Notes under the pieces: generated by a model
The model's input: only the letters and a program-made list of their open reading frames with translations
The model's database searches: none
What the model was told of the DNA's origin: nothing
Part shown: positions 15,794 to 26,045 of the stretch, piece by piece
How positions within the stretch are numbered: the stretch's first letter is position 1
Layout of the letters: every line of letters starts with the position of its first letter
Program-made: the position numbers and the translations under genes
Origin: Bacteroidales bacterium
GTDB taxonomy: Bacteria; Bacteroidota; Bacteroidia; Bacteroidales; JAAUTT01
NCBI GenBank assembly: GCA_036261135.1
Contig: DATALJ010000205.1
Location: 760 to 64,759 of the forward strand
Reading direction: 5' to 3'
Length of the DNA: 64,000 nucleotides

Positions 15794-18700
15794 ATGCCCA
15801 TATTTACCAAACTATCCATTGTATCGCTGTTTGTATTTGTAAGTATCACTTACCCACTTCACGCGCAACCCAAGTGTATCGACCTGGGTGTCGGTATCAA
15901 CATCTCGAATGATGAATTGGCCCTTATCGATTTCTTTAAAAACGGAGGAAAATGGGAGCCCGTAGGAAACAACGGCCACCCGTGGTATAAAGTATACAGC
16001 CTCGACACGTTCAAAGTGGTTAATGGAGCCTATTACAACTGGGACATTGACTGGAGCGGCACAATAAACAACGAAGCCTGGGGTAACAACTGGGCCGACT
16101 GCTTCATTTCCTTCTGGGATATGATGGTAGACCAGCGAAAAATAAGACCCGACGGCTATCCCGTGCAATTCCCTGTAACCGTTTACAAATACAAACCCAA
16201 AACAGCAGACCCCAACCAGGGATTGGATTTAACGAAACCCGTTACGATCAACCGTATTTCCCGCCGCATTTACTTCCCCAAGGGATTAACAGCCGATGGA
16301 TGGGTACTGCGCTGGAAAGGGAAAGGAAAAATCAGTTTCGAAGGAATGGAGGTTACCGACAGCAATGTACCTTACACGAATATTGGTAATAGTTGGACAC
16401 CCACAGGAAGCTATGCTGGTAGAAACTACGAATTTACCTCAACCAATGGAGGCCGGGTTGTTAACAAGCATTTCTGGATGATTCATGGCTGGGTTCTTAA
16501 TATTCTTGAATCGGATCCTGCAGACCCCATCCGCGACATCGAATATCTGTACCCTGGGCAGGAAGCCAATTACGATGCAGGCCAGCGTTTCACGCCATTA
16601 TTCCTTGAGCGTATGCGGCAGTTTAAGAGCCTCCGGTTTATGGGCTATCTCAACAGTAATAATATCGAAGGAAGAAGGGTAATGGCCGAGGGGCATCCAT
16701 TTCATGATATATATATGCTTGATTGGCTTCGATGGAACGAACGCACACCTGAAAATTACTACACCATAAACAATGGCAATGGCGGAAACTACGAATACAT
16801 CATCGACCTGGCCAATCAAACCCAAATTGATCCCTGGATAAACATACCCTACTGTGCCGGCACCAGCTACGCCGACAGCATTGTGCGTTTATTCATGGAA
16901 AAGCTTAATCCGGACCGAACGCTTTACATTGAAGTGGGAAATGAATTATGGAATTTTGCGAACGAATTCAACGGATTTTTCTGGCAGGCACGAAAAAGGG
17001 TAAGAGAATACCCGGGATTGGGCGATGTTGAAGCACGCGGCGCTTACCTGAACACCATATTCGAACAGGTAACAGAAACGGCAGGGCCACGTAACCTGGC
17101 CAGGATACAAAGAGTTGTAGGTGCTTTCCCGCGCTATTACGATGTAAACAACCGCACCGTGCAGATGATCAATCCACAATATTGGGATGCATTGGCTACA
17201 ACCTGGTACTTCTCGCTTAGCGCCGATAACAGCAGCAACAATGCATGCCGCGACCCACAGAGCGGAACCAATTGGCGAAGTGTGCTGTATAACTGGCATC
17301 TTGCTCACCCTAATGATCAGGCAGGGTTTAATCAAACATACAGAAATTGCCTGCTAAGTGAATTCCGTTGCCAGGGCGGTTATCGCAATAATGTGGATGC
17401 AGTACTGGCCAGGTATCATAACAAAAAATTAATTTGCTACGAAGGCGGCAATCACACATTCTACGGATGTTCCAATGGGCCAACGGGAGCAAAGCTAGAC
17501 GGAGAAGGCCCCAATTTCGAAACCCCAAAATACCCAAACTATATTACGGATAACAGCTTTATCAATGCGGTATGCGTAGCCGATGAATCGCCTGAAATGG
17601 ATGAAGTTTTCAATGAGGTTATCGATAGCTTGCAGGCTGCCGGATGCTCATTAGCCAATCATTTGGCTTTTTCGGGAACTTCGAGTTGTTATGGTGTCTG
17701 GGACCTCATCCAATCAAGAGATATTGAGGCACCGCTATCAACCTTATTGAACAGATACAATAAATTCCGGGTATTTTCGGAACGCATACGAACGAACAAC
17801 TGCACCCAGGTAAACATTACACTCGACGCAGATACCGTAGGCCCGGGATTATCTGTTATGCTCGATGGTGTTGACGATTTCATCGAAGGATCCACCGCTT
17901 TTACACCCAACGAAACATCCAATTACACCATGGAAACCTGGTTTAAACCGGCGTTTTTTGATTGGGAACAGGTAGTCCTGTCGCTGTCGGCAGCAGGAGC
18001 AAATGATAGTTTCAACATATTGAAAATACGAACAGATAAAAAGATCGTATGGGAAACAGGTAACAACAGTGCTACTTTTTCGAAACTCGTGGGCCCGGAG
18101 CTAATAGCAGGAAACTGGTATCACATTGCTGCGGTTAAAAATGGCAACAGATACACCCTTTACGTGAATGGAGTAAACGTTGCAAACAACAATTATACAC
18201 TATCGAGAAGTACACGTAACCGCTTCACCCTGGGAGCCTTTTACAAAGTCAATGCGGCTCAAAAATTCTTCAATGGAGAAATAGACGAAGTGCGCCTATG
18301 GAATACAGCCCGCACTGTGGAAGAGATCCGAAGTTACATGTGTAAAAAGGTACCATCTACTTACGATCAGTTCGGAAACCTCCGTGCATACTACCGTTTC
18401 GATCGTCCTGATTATGGAAGCATGCAGTTATTGGATTATAAAACAAACTCACCTACCGGAATACTAAGAAACATAACCTATACCGAACGTTCACGATTCG
18501 CTGTTTCGGGTGCTCCTATAGGCGATTATAGCAATTATATTTACCCTTCTTCTTGGGCTGGGGTTTCCATTAGCCTCACCCACCCGCGTGGCGACAGAGC
18601 TGCCGTATACAATGTTACCAATGCGAACCCCGCAGGCATCCACGTTTACATGTTCAATGGCAAATCGCACTTCAACGATAAGCCACTCTCCTATATCGAT

Positions 18701-21700
18701 ATATCGGAAAGTAGCTGCGTAGGCGTATTTTCAGCCAACGACCCCAATACAAGATATGATATATCGTACATATACTCAGGCAACCCTGACGCAAACAGCG
18801 GTGGCGGAGAGAATGACCTTCGACTGCTACATAGAGACGATTATAGCACGAACGAATGGCTACATGCCGGAGCAAAACTCGATGCAACGGCCAATTCATT
18901 AACCGTTTCCTGTAAGGATAAGTACAGAGCCGAATATACCATTGGGCATAGGCACTCAATCAACCAAATACGACCCGGATCGGGAACGGCATTGCTCGAT
19001 AACCAAACCCCTACAGGCAATGTAATGGGCAAAGTTCAATATCTGCATTTGAATGATTTCACGGTAACATTCTGGGCCAAAGGTTACGGCGAAGTATTTA
19101 ACCTAACCAGTAAAATGGCCGCCAATGCGTGCCGGTTTACGCTGGACAATACATGGGAAGGACATACTGGTGCCAGCCTCCGGTATGGCATCCATTGGAA
19201 CTACGATATTACCATAGCACCGAACACTGCCATAGCTGAGCATACCGAATGGCACCACTACGCAGTAACCAAGAATAATTCGAAGATAAGGATTTACCAG
19301 GATGGTATGGAAGTGGTCTCGGGCGATGTTACCCGGAACTTCCTCATCGAAGAAATGTATTTGTTTAATGCGCCGGCATGGCAGGCAGGAAATTTCCCTA
19401 ACCGGCGCGCAAACCTGGCGCTGGATGAGCTGACCCTGTGGGACATTCCGCTTGACCAAAACACCATTCGCGAGTGGATGTGTAAAAAGATCAACCAGAA
19501 TCATCCCTTCGAATGCGAACATCTGAAACTCTATTTCAATTTCGACGAGAACAGCGAAAGTATTCTCGAAGACAAACGCGGGCCATCTGATATAGTTTTA
19601 AGTACCGATTCGCAAGGCTTTCAGTGGGTCACTTCAGGCGCTGCCATTGGAGATGTGAGTGTAGCCGACTATACTACCCCAGAAAATATCTCCTTTACTC
19701 ATCCCGATGGCGATTACCTTGAAGCAATAAGAACTTCCGGGAACACCTATGGCGCGCATCTATACAGGATTAACAACAGGGCACCTGTTCCTTTAACTTA
19801 CAGTAGCACGGGAATTAACTCCATCGATTCCTCAAGATATTGGGGGCTATACCTTGCACGACCCTATGGAACAAAGCCGCTTTATTCCATCATTAACCAT
19901 TATGAAAAAAATTCGCAGGTCAATCTTTTAAGGGAAAATGGACTGCGAATGTTGAACAGAACTGACAATTCCACTTCTCCGTGGAATATCAATATTTCAT
20001 CATCCCCCGTCATTACTACCCACACAATAACGCTAACCGGACAAACACGCGGAGAATACATTCTTGGAGGAACATCACCCAATTCTTTCAATGATTACGA
20101 GACTCCCGTTCAACCGGTATTTGTAACTGAAAGCGCAACGGTTAACCGATCTGTAATATGCGGAAACAGTACGAATTTAATATACAGGGTTCAACGTAAT
20201 CCGCTGGCTACATCATATATATGGACATTACCTGCGGGTTTGGAAGGTTTTTCAGCAGGTGACAGTATAATTGTCAATTCATCCTACACAGGAACAACGC
20301 CGCTCAATGCATCCATTACAGTAAAGGCTGTAAACGCTTATGGCGAAAGTCCTGAAGCAAGCTATGCAATTACAATTAATCCACCTACTACGGTTGCCGA
20401 TGCAGGCCCCGACCAAATCATTCTGCCACCCTCTAATTCAACAACATTGGACGGTAATACACCCTCTACCTTTGAAACAGGTGCATGGACTATAACCCGC
20501 GGATCAGGTATTATTGCAGATTATAGATTACCCAATACGCAGGTTTCCGGCCTTGCAACAGGTACAAACGTTTTTGCATGGCAGATTGAGAATACCTCAT
20601 GCCCTCCTTCGATAGATACCATGAGGGTTCTGGTAGCACCATCGCCTGTAAATATAGTAACCACCAACAATAAGCCCTTGCCTCAAATTCTCTGCGCAGA
20701 TACCGAAATAAAGATCATGGCCATAGCACCTGAGGACATCACCCCCGACGATTACCGGTGGCAGCTGCCCGATGGATTAACCTTAATTACTCAGAACGGA
20801 AACCAGGCTACTGTAAGAATAAGTAACGGATTCGGTGGAACAATCAATGTTTCGGCAGTATACGGAACGAGCACCTCCCTCCCATTCCGTTCGCAGCCGG
20901 TTAGTATAAATGCTCAACCTTCCAAACCTGTATTTACGAGCAAACCGGCAGTTCTTTGCCGCAATGTAAATGCAGTTGCCAGTATACAGTACAATGTAAA
21001 TACCGATTCGGTGGTATGGACACTGCCCTATGGCATTTACCCAGTACAATTCCCGAAGTCAACAAAAGAAACCATCGAAATTGAAGCACTGGATCTTACT
21101 TCAGGATACATAAAAGCACAAACCTATAACAATGGATGCACAAACATAGCCGCCATTGACAGTTTCCTTGTGGATGTAAACCAGGCACCAGCTAAACCTG
21201 AGCTTTACCTAGGTACCGATGGCGGAACTGCCGATGCTGTTTGTGTAAACAGCGATGTTCTTTTATGGGTAAGAAACCCCGACCCACTGGTGACTTACGA
21301 ATGGCGTTGGAATACCTCGGTTTCTTTCATTCAATATTTTAACGAAAATCGCTCGGGCGCTTTGTTCCATGTTCCCGACGAGAATCAAGACATTTGGGTA
21401 AGAGCAGTTCAGGGAACAGGAACTTGCAATGCCAGCGAATGGTATAATTTCAACGGTTGGGTACAGAACCAAACGCCTGCAAGAGTTACCAATGTTACAA
21501 TTACTAAGCCGGCAGGTCAAAACCCGCAAAACTTGCAGGTAGGCACTACATACACCTTTACGGTAACCGGTAATGCTACAAACTATTACTGGTATGTTCC
21601 CGAAGGCTTTGAACTCGTAAACGATAGCGATTTGGCTGACAATACAAACCAGATCCGTGTGGTATCTCCTTCAGCCGGATTCCTGGAAGTATACCCGGTA

Positions 21701-24700
21701 ACAATGAGAGGCTGCACAGGGAAAGCATTCCAACGAAGCATCGGCACAACAGGTGCTCTATATCCACCGGTTTACCTGTCCGGATTAACAGAAATCTGCC
21801 AGGGCCTGAATTTAAACATCAACCTGACAAATATTTCAGGTGCTACCGAATATGTATGGACCTTACCCGACAATAGCACCTATACAACCCGCAATGCCAC
21901 TTTCAACCAAACAATAACCACGCCTATGAAAGGCATATTGCAGGTTGTTGCGCGAAATACAAGAACACAGAGCCTGCCTTTACAGATTCCGATTAAAGTA
22001 AATCCTGCATCCGTACCTCCGATTGTGTTTGTGGATGCGGCAAATAACCCAATAGATGAACTGGAAATATGCAGCAGCGATAGCCACCGACCTGTTTACA
22101 TTCGCGATGGCCTTGCGAGCGAATATATATGGGATATCGAAGGAACAGCCCTTCAATTTGAACCGAGAAATCAACCAGGCCATGAGAATGACATTCATTA
22201 CGAACTTACCAACCGTATTTCGCCCGTAGACACCATGATGCCAGTGAGCTGGGTAAACTGGCGATGCTTAAACGATGGCAAAGACGGTGGCTACATAAAA
22301 GTTCGTGGCATGAGCCAATGTGGTGGAACCAACCGCGTAGACTCAATCCATTACTACTGGGCACAGCCACTCAATGTTTTCGTACCTGAATTCACCCGGT
22401 CTCCGGAAAAATTATGCGTTGGCTCAACAGCTAACTTCGCGGTTAAACCCATTCAGGGCGCAGAACAATATGTATGGCGATTACCCAATGGATTGAATGC
22501 TGCCGATATTATCACTTCCCAGCCGTCCATAACAGCTGATGTTACAAACGGAACCGGTGGTTCGGTTCTCGTTTTTGCAACCAGTTCGCTATGTGGAGGA
22601 ACGCAAACAATAGAAAACGCAAGCTTGCCGGTAACTATATCAGGCACGCCTGTCGATTTTCATTTTATCGACCAGCCCACAGCAGCCTGTCCCGGCACGC
22701 CGCTAACATTCAGCGTTAACGATATTGGTGCAGGTAGCTATTTGTGGCAATTACCCCAGGCTATGAACGCGATTATTATTGACGATTCGGATGTTGCCCC
22801 TACGGATATTGTGGGTTCCTGGACTGTAGAAACCCGTAACAATCTTGTAAACGGTCAGTATCGTCGCACCAACAACAATTCAGCAACCAAACACATTACC
22901 TACCGGCCAAACCTTCCTGTTACCGGGAAATACAGGGTATCCATTTCATATTACCAGGAATACCTTGCCAAACCGGACATGCCGGTTATAGTAACTTCGG
23001 CCGATGGAGTTTCTGCACATTATGTGAACCTGAGTATCCGGCCAAATGATGGTATATGGCAGACCTTAGGTGATTTTAGCTTTAACCAGGGTATCTCTGG
23101 CACAGTAACCATCGGTACCGATGTTTCGAACAATGGAAGTTCAATTGCAGATGCAGTCCGGTTTGAAATGCTTGGAGTACCAGATGATACAACTATTCAG
23201 GTAACAGCAAATGCAGGGATTGGAGGAGCTATATGCGTTTCGGCTACAGTTCCTGAGTGTACTTCGGAATATACCATCTGCACCCAACCCGTAAACATAA
23301 GCGGAACATTGGGAACACCAGTATTTTCAACCCAAGAAAACTCGGTTTGCGTGGGACAATCCTATACATTCAGAATTAATGATATCAATGCAGAATCATA
23401 CACCTGGCATCTTCCCTCAGGTATGAGCATTGGTGGCCGCACAGGAATTGTAAACGGTCAGCGACGGGAAGTTGTTATTACCATGAATGACAATAGCGGA
23501 GCATCAGGCAGTATTGGAGTAAATGGCGACCTGCCATCCTGTGGCTTAAGCAGTAGCATTGTTTATACAAACCCTATACAATTCAATGGATCAGGTTGTG
23601 CGGCACCAAATCCCGTATTTACAGCCCAACCCACAAGAATATGCGCTACAAGCAACCAAACTTACTCGGTTATGGCAGTTCCATCGGCCGATTATTACGA
23701 ATGGACTATTCCAAGTGGATTACGACAGGTAAACACGCTGGCAACAGGCACTATCCAAACCATCGATCCCTTTATCACAGTAGAACCTGTGCCTGCCAGA
23801 ACGGGAGCTGTAGGTATACTAAGCGTAAGAATACATACAGCCTCAGGCTACAGTGAAGTGGTTTCTACCATTAATCCAATAACCATTATCACCAATCCGG
23901 CTACATTTAGCATATCGTTTCAAGATATCAGTACCTGCAATTCAAGAGATGGGGCCATTATTATAGAAACCCTCTCACCCAATACTTCATACAACATCAC
24001 TTACAATAATAGCTCTCTTGTAATCGGTCCAAGCAGGTATATGACGAACCCCGATGGAACTATAACCATACCTATATTGCAGCCGGGCACATACGGTAAT
24101 TTAACAATAGACCTTGACGGGTGCTCTTCTACCGACGCAACAATGGCTTCTATCCGCAATTCCTCTGGCGTACAGATTACCAGTACCCAATCGTTCGATG
24201 CGCCTGTATGCAATAGCTATGGAAGATTACGCATGGCTATTTTTGGTGCAAGCGCCGGCAGCTCTTACCAAATAGACTATACAGGTGATGGAACAATTGA
24301 TAACATTGCCACTGTGATAAGAGACACCATTACATTTGCGAATTTACCGGTAGGTTTGCGGATAAACAATCCCGAAATCATCCAGTCGGTTTCCAATTGT
24401 CGCACAACCGTTGCTTTTGCCGATACCATACAAGCGCCAAATTCACCTACCATAACGAAAGTAAACTTTATAAACGCTGATACCTGCGGAAACAACGGCA
24501 GAATGCAAATTATGCTTTCAGGCGGTAGCAATGGAGACAATTACGCCATTGACTTTAACAATGACGGAACCGCCGAAGGATCGGCAAATGTTGACAATGG
24601 AAGTATTTCACTCAGCGATATCCCTATAAATACTACTTTAACCGGCATTTACTTAACCAATACACGAAATGCATGTAAAGCCGAATACGCTACCTCAAAC

Positions 24701-26041
24701 GAATTCAAACCACAGCCAAACCTACAGATTACAGGCGTACAATTTATTAATCCCAACGGATGCAGCGAATTGGGCCGGATAGAAATCCAATTATCAGGCA
24801 CCAATGCAGCCGACGAGTTTGAGGTTGATCTTAACAACGATGGTGCAATTGATGGAACAGGGATAACCGGTTCAGGACTTGTAACCTTATCGCCTGTATT
24901 GGCAGGTACATCGGTAAATGGAATTACCTTAAGGCATACACAGAGTGGTTGTGTAAAATTCACTGCAACCACAGGCGTTATACCTCTCCCTATAAAACCA
25001 GACGTGTCTATTCCGGATATACAACCGTTGTGCTCGAATTCGCTTCCGTATACCTTAGAAGGAGCAGCACCTGCGGGAGGCAACTATTATGTAAATGGCG
25101 TTCTTTCTAAAACTATAGACCCACAAAAAATTAATCAGGGCAATGCAGAAGTAGTTTATGAATATACCGACGCCAACAACTGCACCAATACGGATACTAC
25201 ACACGTGGTTATTAAGGAACTTCCTGAGACAGGGCTTACAGGAGAGCAGACCACCTGCCCCGAAGCTACAGGAGTTATCTACTCAGTTAATTACAACTCC
25301 CAAAACCTTTATGAATGGTCGATTACAAACGGTTCTTATACTCCGGGAATCAATACCGGAACCATTTACGTCGACTGGACAGACACGTACCAGGGAGAAG
25401 TCAAGGTAAAAGTTACGGACCCAACTACGCAATGCACCGATTCATCCACTATGGAAGTGCAACTGGTGGACAACAATCCTCCGGTTTTATACGATTGCGA
25501 TGCTGTCTTACATTTCCCGGCAGTAAGTAGCCCGTCGATGCAGCGAACGTATGTATTTACAGAGGCTGACACCATTTATTTACCCAAAGCCATGGACTTG
25601 TGTTCTCCTGCAGGAATTACCATTGAGTTTTCGATGGATGATGGGAGTATGCAGCCCATCAGCGAATTTGTGGGCTCACGATTAACGGGACAGGCGCCTC
25701 ACCAAATTTACTGGCAGTCAGTTGATCGTGCCGGCAATATAGGCACATGCATTACCAACGTAATACTCGATTTCGACTTGGTTGCGCCAGGGGCATTCTC
25801 ACCAAACGGCGATGAAATCAACGACACATGGGAATTGAGTTTCCTGGTTGAGTACCCCGAATGCATTGTTCAGGTCTATAACCGCTGGGGAATGCTTGTG
25901 TACGAAAGCGAGAAAGGATATCCGCGAAGTTGGGACGGCCGAAGTAAAGGTAACCTCGTTCCGCTAGACACTTACTATTATGTAATTTCCCTGGGCAAAG
26001 GAGAGAAACCGCTCAAAGGAATTGTAACTGTAATTTATTAA
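15794..26041 (+). CDS. Giant (3415 aa) multidomain cell-surface protein with T9SS type-B C-terminal sorting domain
   Basis: Signal peptide MPIFTKLSIVSLFVFVSITYPLHAQ. A TIM-barrel-like head carries EVGNELWN (about nt 16931) and ICYEGGNH (about nt 17436). Two LamG/ConA-like domains (about 17840-18345 and 19000-19490) end in EIDEVRLWNTARTVEEIRSYMC and LDELTLWDIPLDQNTIREWMC. About 11 Ig-like modules carry a C...Y.W.LP.G signature (about 20150-23900). A golvesin-C-like domain lies at about 22810-23175. SprB-type repeats and an HYR-like domain follow. The C-terminus AFSPNGDEINDTWEL...VQVYNRWGMLVYE...WDGR...PLDTYYYVI...KGIVTVIY is the gliding-motility type-B CTD. Confidence 0.9.
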   Translation: MPIFTKLSIVSLFVFVSITYPLHAQPKCIDLGVGINISNDELALIDFFKNGGKWEPVGNNGHPWYKVYSLDTFKVVNGAYYNWDIDWSGTINNEAWGNNWADCFISFWDMMVDQRKIRPDGYPVQFPVTVYKYKPKTADPNQGLDLTKPVTINRISRRIYFPKGLTADGWVLRWKGKGKISFEGMEVTDSNVPYTNIGNSWTPTGSYAGRNYEFTSTNGGRVVNKHFWMIHGWVLNILESDPADPIRDIEYLYPGQEANYDAGQRFTPLFLERMRQFKSLRFMGYLNSNNIEGRRVMAEGHPFHDIYMLDWLRWNERTPENYYTINNGNGGNYEYIIDLANQTQIDPWINIPYCAGTSYADSIVRLFMEKLNPDRTLYIEVGNELWNFANEFNGFFWQARKRVREYPGLGDVEARGAYLNTIFEQVTETAGPRNLARIQRVVGAFPRYYDVNNRTVQMINPQYWDALATTWYFSLSADNSSNNACRDPQSGTNWRSVLYNWHLAHPNDQAGFNQTYRNCLLSEFRCQGGYRNNVDAVLARYHNKKLICYEGGNHTFYGCSNGPTGAKLDGEGPNFETPKYPNYITDNSFINAVCVADESPEMDEVFNEVIDSLQAAGCSLANHLAFSGTSSCYGVWDLIQSRDIEAPLSTLLNRYNKFRVFSERIRTNNCTQVNITLDADTVGPGLSVMLDGVDDFIEGSTAFTPNETSNYTMETWFKPAFFDWEQVVLSLSAAGANDSFNILKIRTDKKIVWETGNNSATFSKLVGPELIAGNWYHIAAVKNGNRYTLYVNGVNVANNNYTLSRSTRNRFTLGAFYKVNAAQKFFNGEIDEVRLWNTARTVEEIRSYMCKKVPSTYDQFGNLRAYYRFDRPDYGSMQLLDYKTNSPTGILRNITYTERSRFAVSGAPIGDYSNYIYPSSWAGVSISLTHPRGDRAAVYNVTNANPAGIHVYMFNGKSHFNDKPLSYIDISESSCVGVFSANDPNTRYDISYIYSGNPDANSGGGENDLRLLHRDDYSTNEWLHAGAKLDATANSLTVSCKDKYRAEYTIGHRHSINQIRPGSGTALLDNQTPTGNVMGKVQYLHLNDFTVTFWAKGYGEVFNLTSKMAANACRFTLDNTWEGHTGASLRYGIHWNYDITIAPNTAIAEHTEWHHYAVTKNNSKIRIYQDGMEVVSGDVTRNFLIEEMYLFNAPAWQAGNFPNRRANLALDELTLWDIPLDQNTIREWMCKKINQNHPFECEHLKLYFNFDENSESILEDKRGPSDIVLSTDSQGFQWVTSGAAIGDVSVADYTTPENISFTHPDGDYLEAIRTSGNTYGAHLYRINNRAPVPLTYSSTGINSIDSSRYWGLYLARPYGTKPLYSIINHYEKNSQVNLLRENGLRMLNRTDNSTSPWNINISSSPVITTHTITLTGQTRGEYILGGTSPNSFNDYETPVQPVFVTESATVNRSVICGNSTNLIYRVQRNPLATSYIWTLPAGLEGFSAGDSIIVNSSYTGTTPLNASITVKAVNAYGESPEASYAITINPPTTVADAGPDQIILPPSNSTTLDGNTPSTFETGAWTITRGSGIIADYRLPNTQVSGLATGTNVFAWQIENTSCPPSIDTMRVLVAPSPVNIVTTNNKPLPQILCADTEIKIMAIAPEDITPDDYRWQLPDGLTLITQNGNQATVRISNGFGGTINVSAVYGTSTSLPFRSQPVSINAQPSKPVFTSKPAVLCRNVNAVASIQYNVNTDSVVWTLPYGIYPVQFPKSTKETIEIEALDLTSGYIKAQTYNNGCTNIAAIDSFLVDVNQAPAKPELYLGTDGGTADAVCVNSDVLLWVRNPDPLVTYEWRWNTSVSFIQYFNENRSGALFHVPDENQDIWVRAVQGTGTCNASEWYNFNGWVQNQTPARVTNVTITKPAGQNPQNLQVGTTYTFTVTGNATNYYWYVPEGFELVNDSDLADNTNQIRVVSPSAGFLEVYPVTMRGCTGKAFQRSIGTTGALYPPVYLSGLTEICQGLNLNINLTNISGATEYVWTLPDNSTYTTRNATFNQTITTPMKGILQVVARNTRTQSLPLQIPIKVNPASVPPIVFVDAANNPIDELEICSSDSHRPVYIRDGLASEYIWDIEGTALQFEPRNQPGHENDIHYELTNRISPVDTMMPVSWVNWRCLNDGKDGGYIKVRGMSQCGGTNRVDSIHYYWAQPLNVFVPEFTRSPEKLCVGSTANFAVKPIQGAEQYVWRLPNGLNAADIITSQPSITADVTNGTGGSVLVFATSSLCGGTQTIENASLPVTISGTPVDFHFIDQPTAACPGTPLTFSVNDIGAGSYLWQLPQAMNAIIIDDSDVAPTDIVGSWTVETRNNLVNGQYRRTNNNSATKHITYRPNLPVTGKYRVSISYYQEYLAKPDMPVIVTSADGVSAHYVNLSIRPNDGIWQTLGDFSFNQGISGTVTIGTDVSNNGSSIADAVRFEMLGVPDDTTIQVTANAGIGGAICVSATVPECTSEYTICTQPVNISGTLGTPVFSTQENSVCVGQSYTFRINDINAESYTWHLPSGMSIGGRTGIVNGQRREVVITMNDNSGASGSIGVNGDLPSCGLSSSIVYTNPIQFNGSGCAAPNPVFTAQPTRICATSNQTYSVMAVPSADYYEWTIPSGLRQVNTLATGTIQTIDPFITVEPVPARTGAVGILSVRIHTASGYSEVVSTINPITIITNPATFSISFQDISTCNSRDGAIIIETLSPNTSYNITYNNSSLVIGPSRYMTNPDGTITIPILQPGTYGNLTIDLDGCSSTDATMASIRNSSGVQITSTQSFDAPVCNSYGRLRMAIFGASAGSSYQIDYTGDGTIDNIATVIRDTITFANLPVGLRINNPEIIQSVSNCRTTVAFADTIQAPNSPTITKVNFINADTCGNNGRMQIMLSGGSNGDNYAIDFNNDGTAEGSANVDNGSISLSDIPINTTLTGIYLTNTRNACKAEYATSNEFKPQPNLQITGVQFINPNGCSELGRIEIQLSGTNAADEFEVDLNNDGAIDGTGITGSGLVTLSPVLAGTSVNGITLRHTQSGCVKFTATTGVIPLPIKPDVSIPDIQPLCSNSLPYTLEGAAPAGGNYYVNGVLSKTIDPQKINQGNAEVVYEYTDANNCTNTDTTHVVIKELPETGLTGEQTTCPEATGVIYSVNYNSQNLYEWSITNGSYTPGINTGTIYVDWTDTYQGEVKVKVTDPTTQCTDSSTMEVQLVDNNPPVLYDCDAVLHFPAVSSPSMQRTYVFTEADTIYLPKAMDLCSPAGITIEFSMDDGSMQPISEFVGSRLTGQAPHQIYWQSVDRAGNIGTCITNVILDFDLVAPGAFSPNGDEINDTWELSFLVEYPECIVQVYNRWGMLVYESEKGYPRSWDGRSKGNLVPLDTYYYVISLGKGEKPLKGIVTVIY

Positions 26042-26045
26042 ACCA

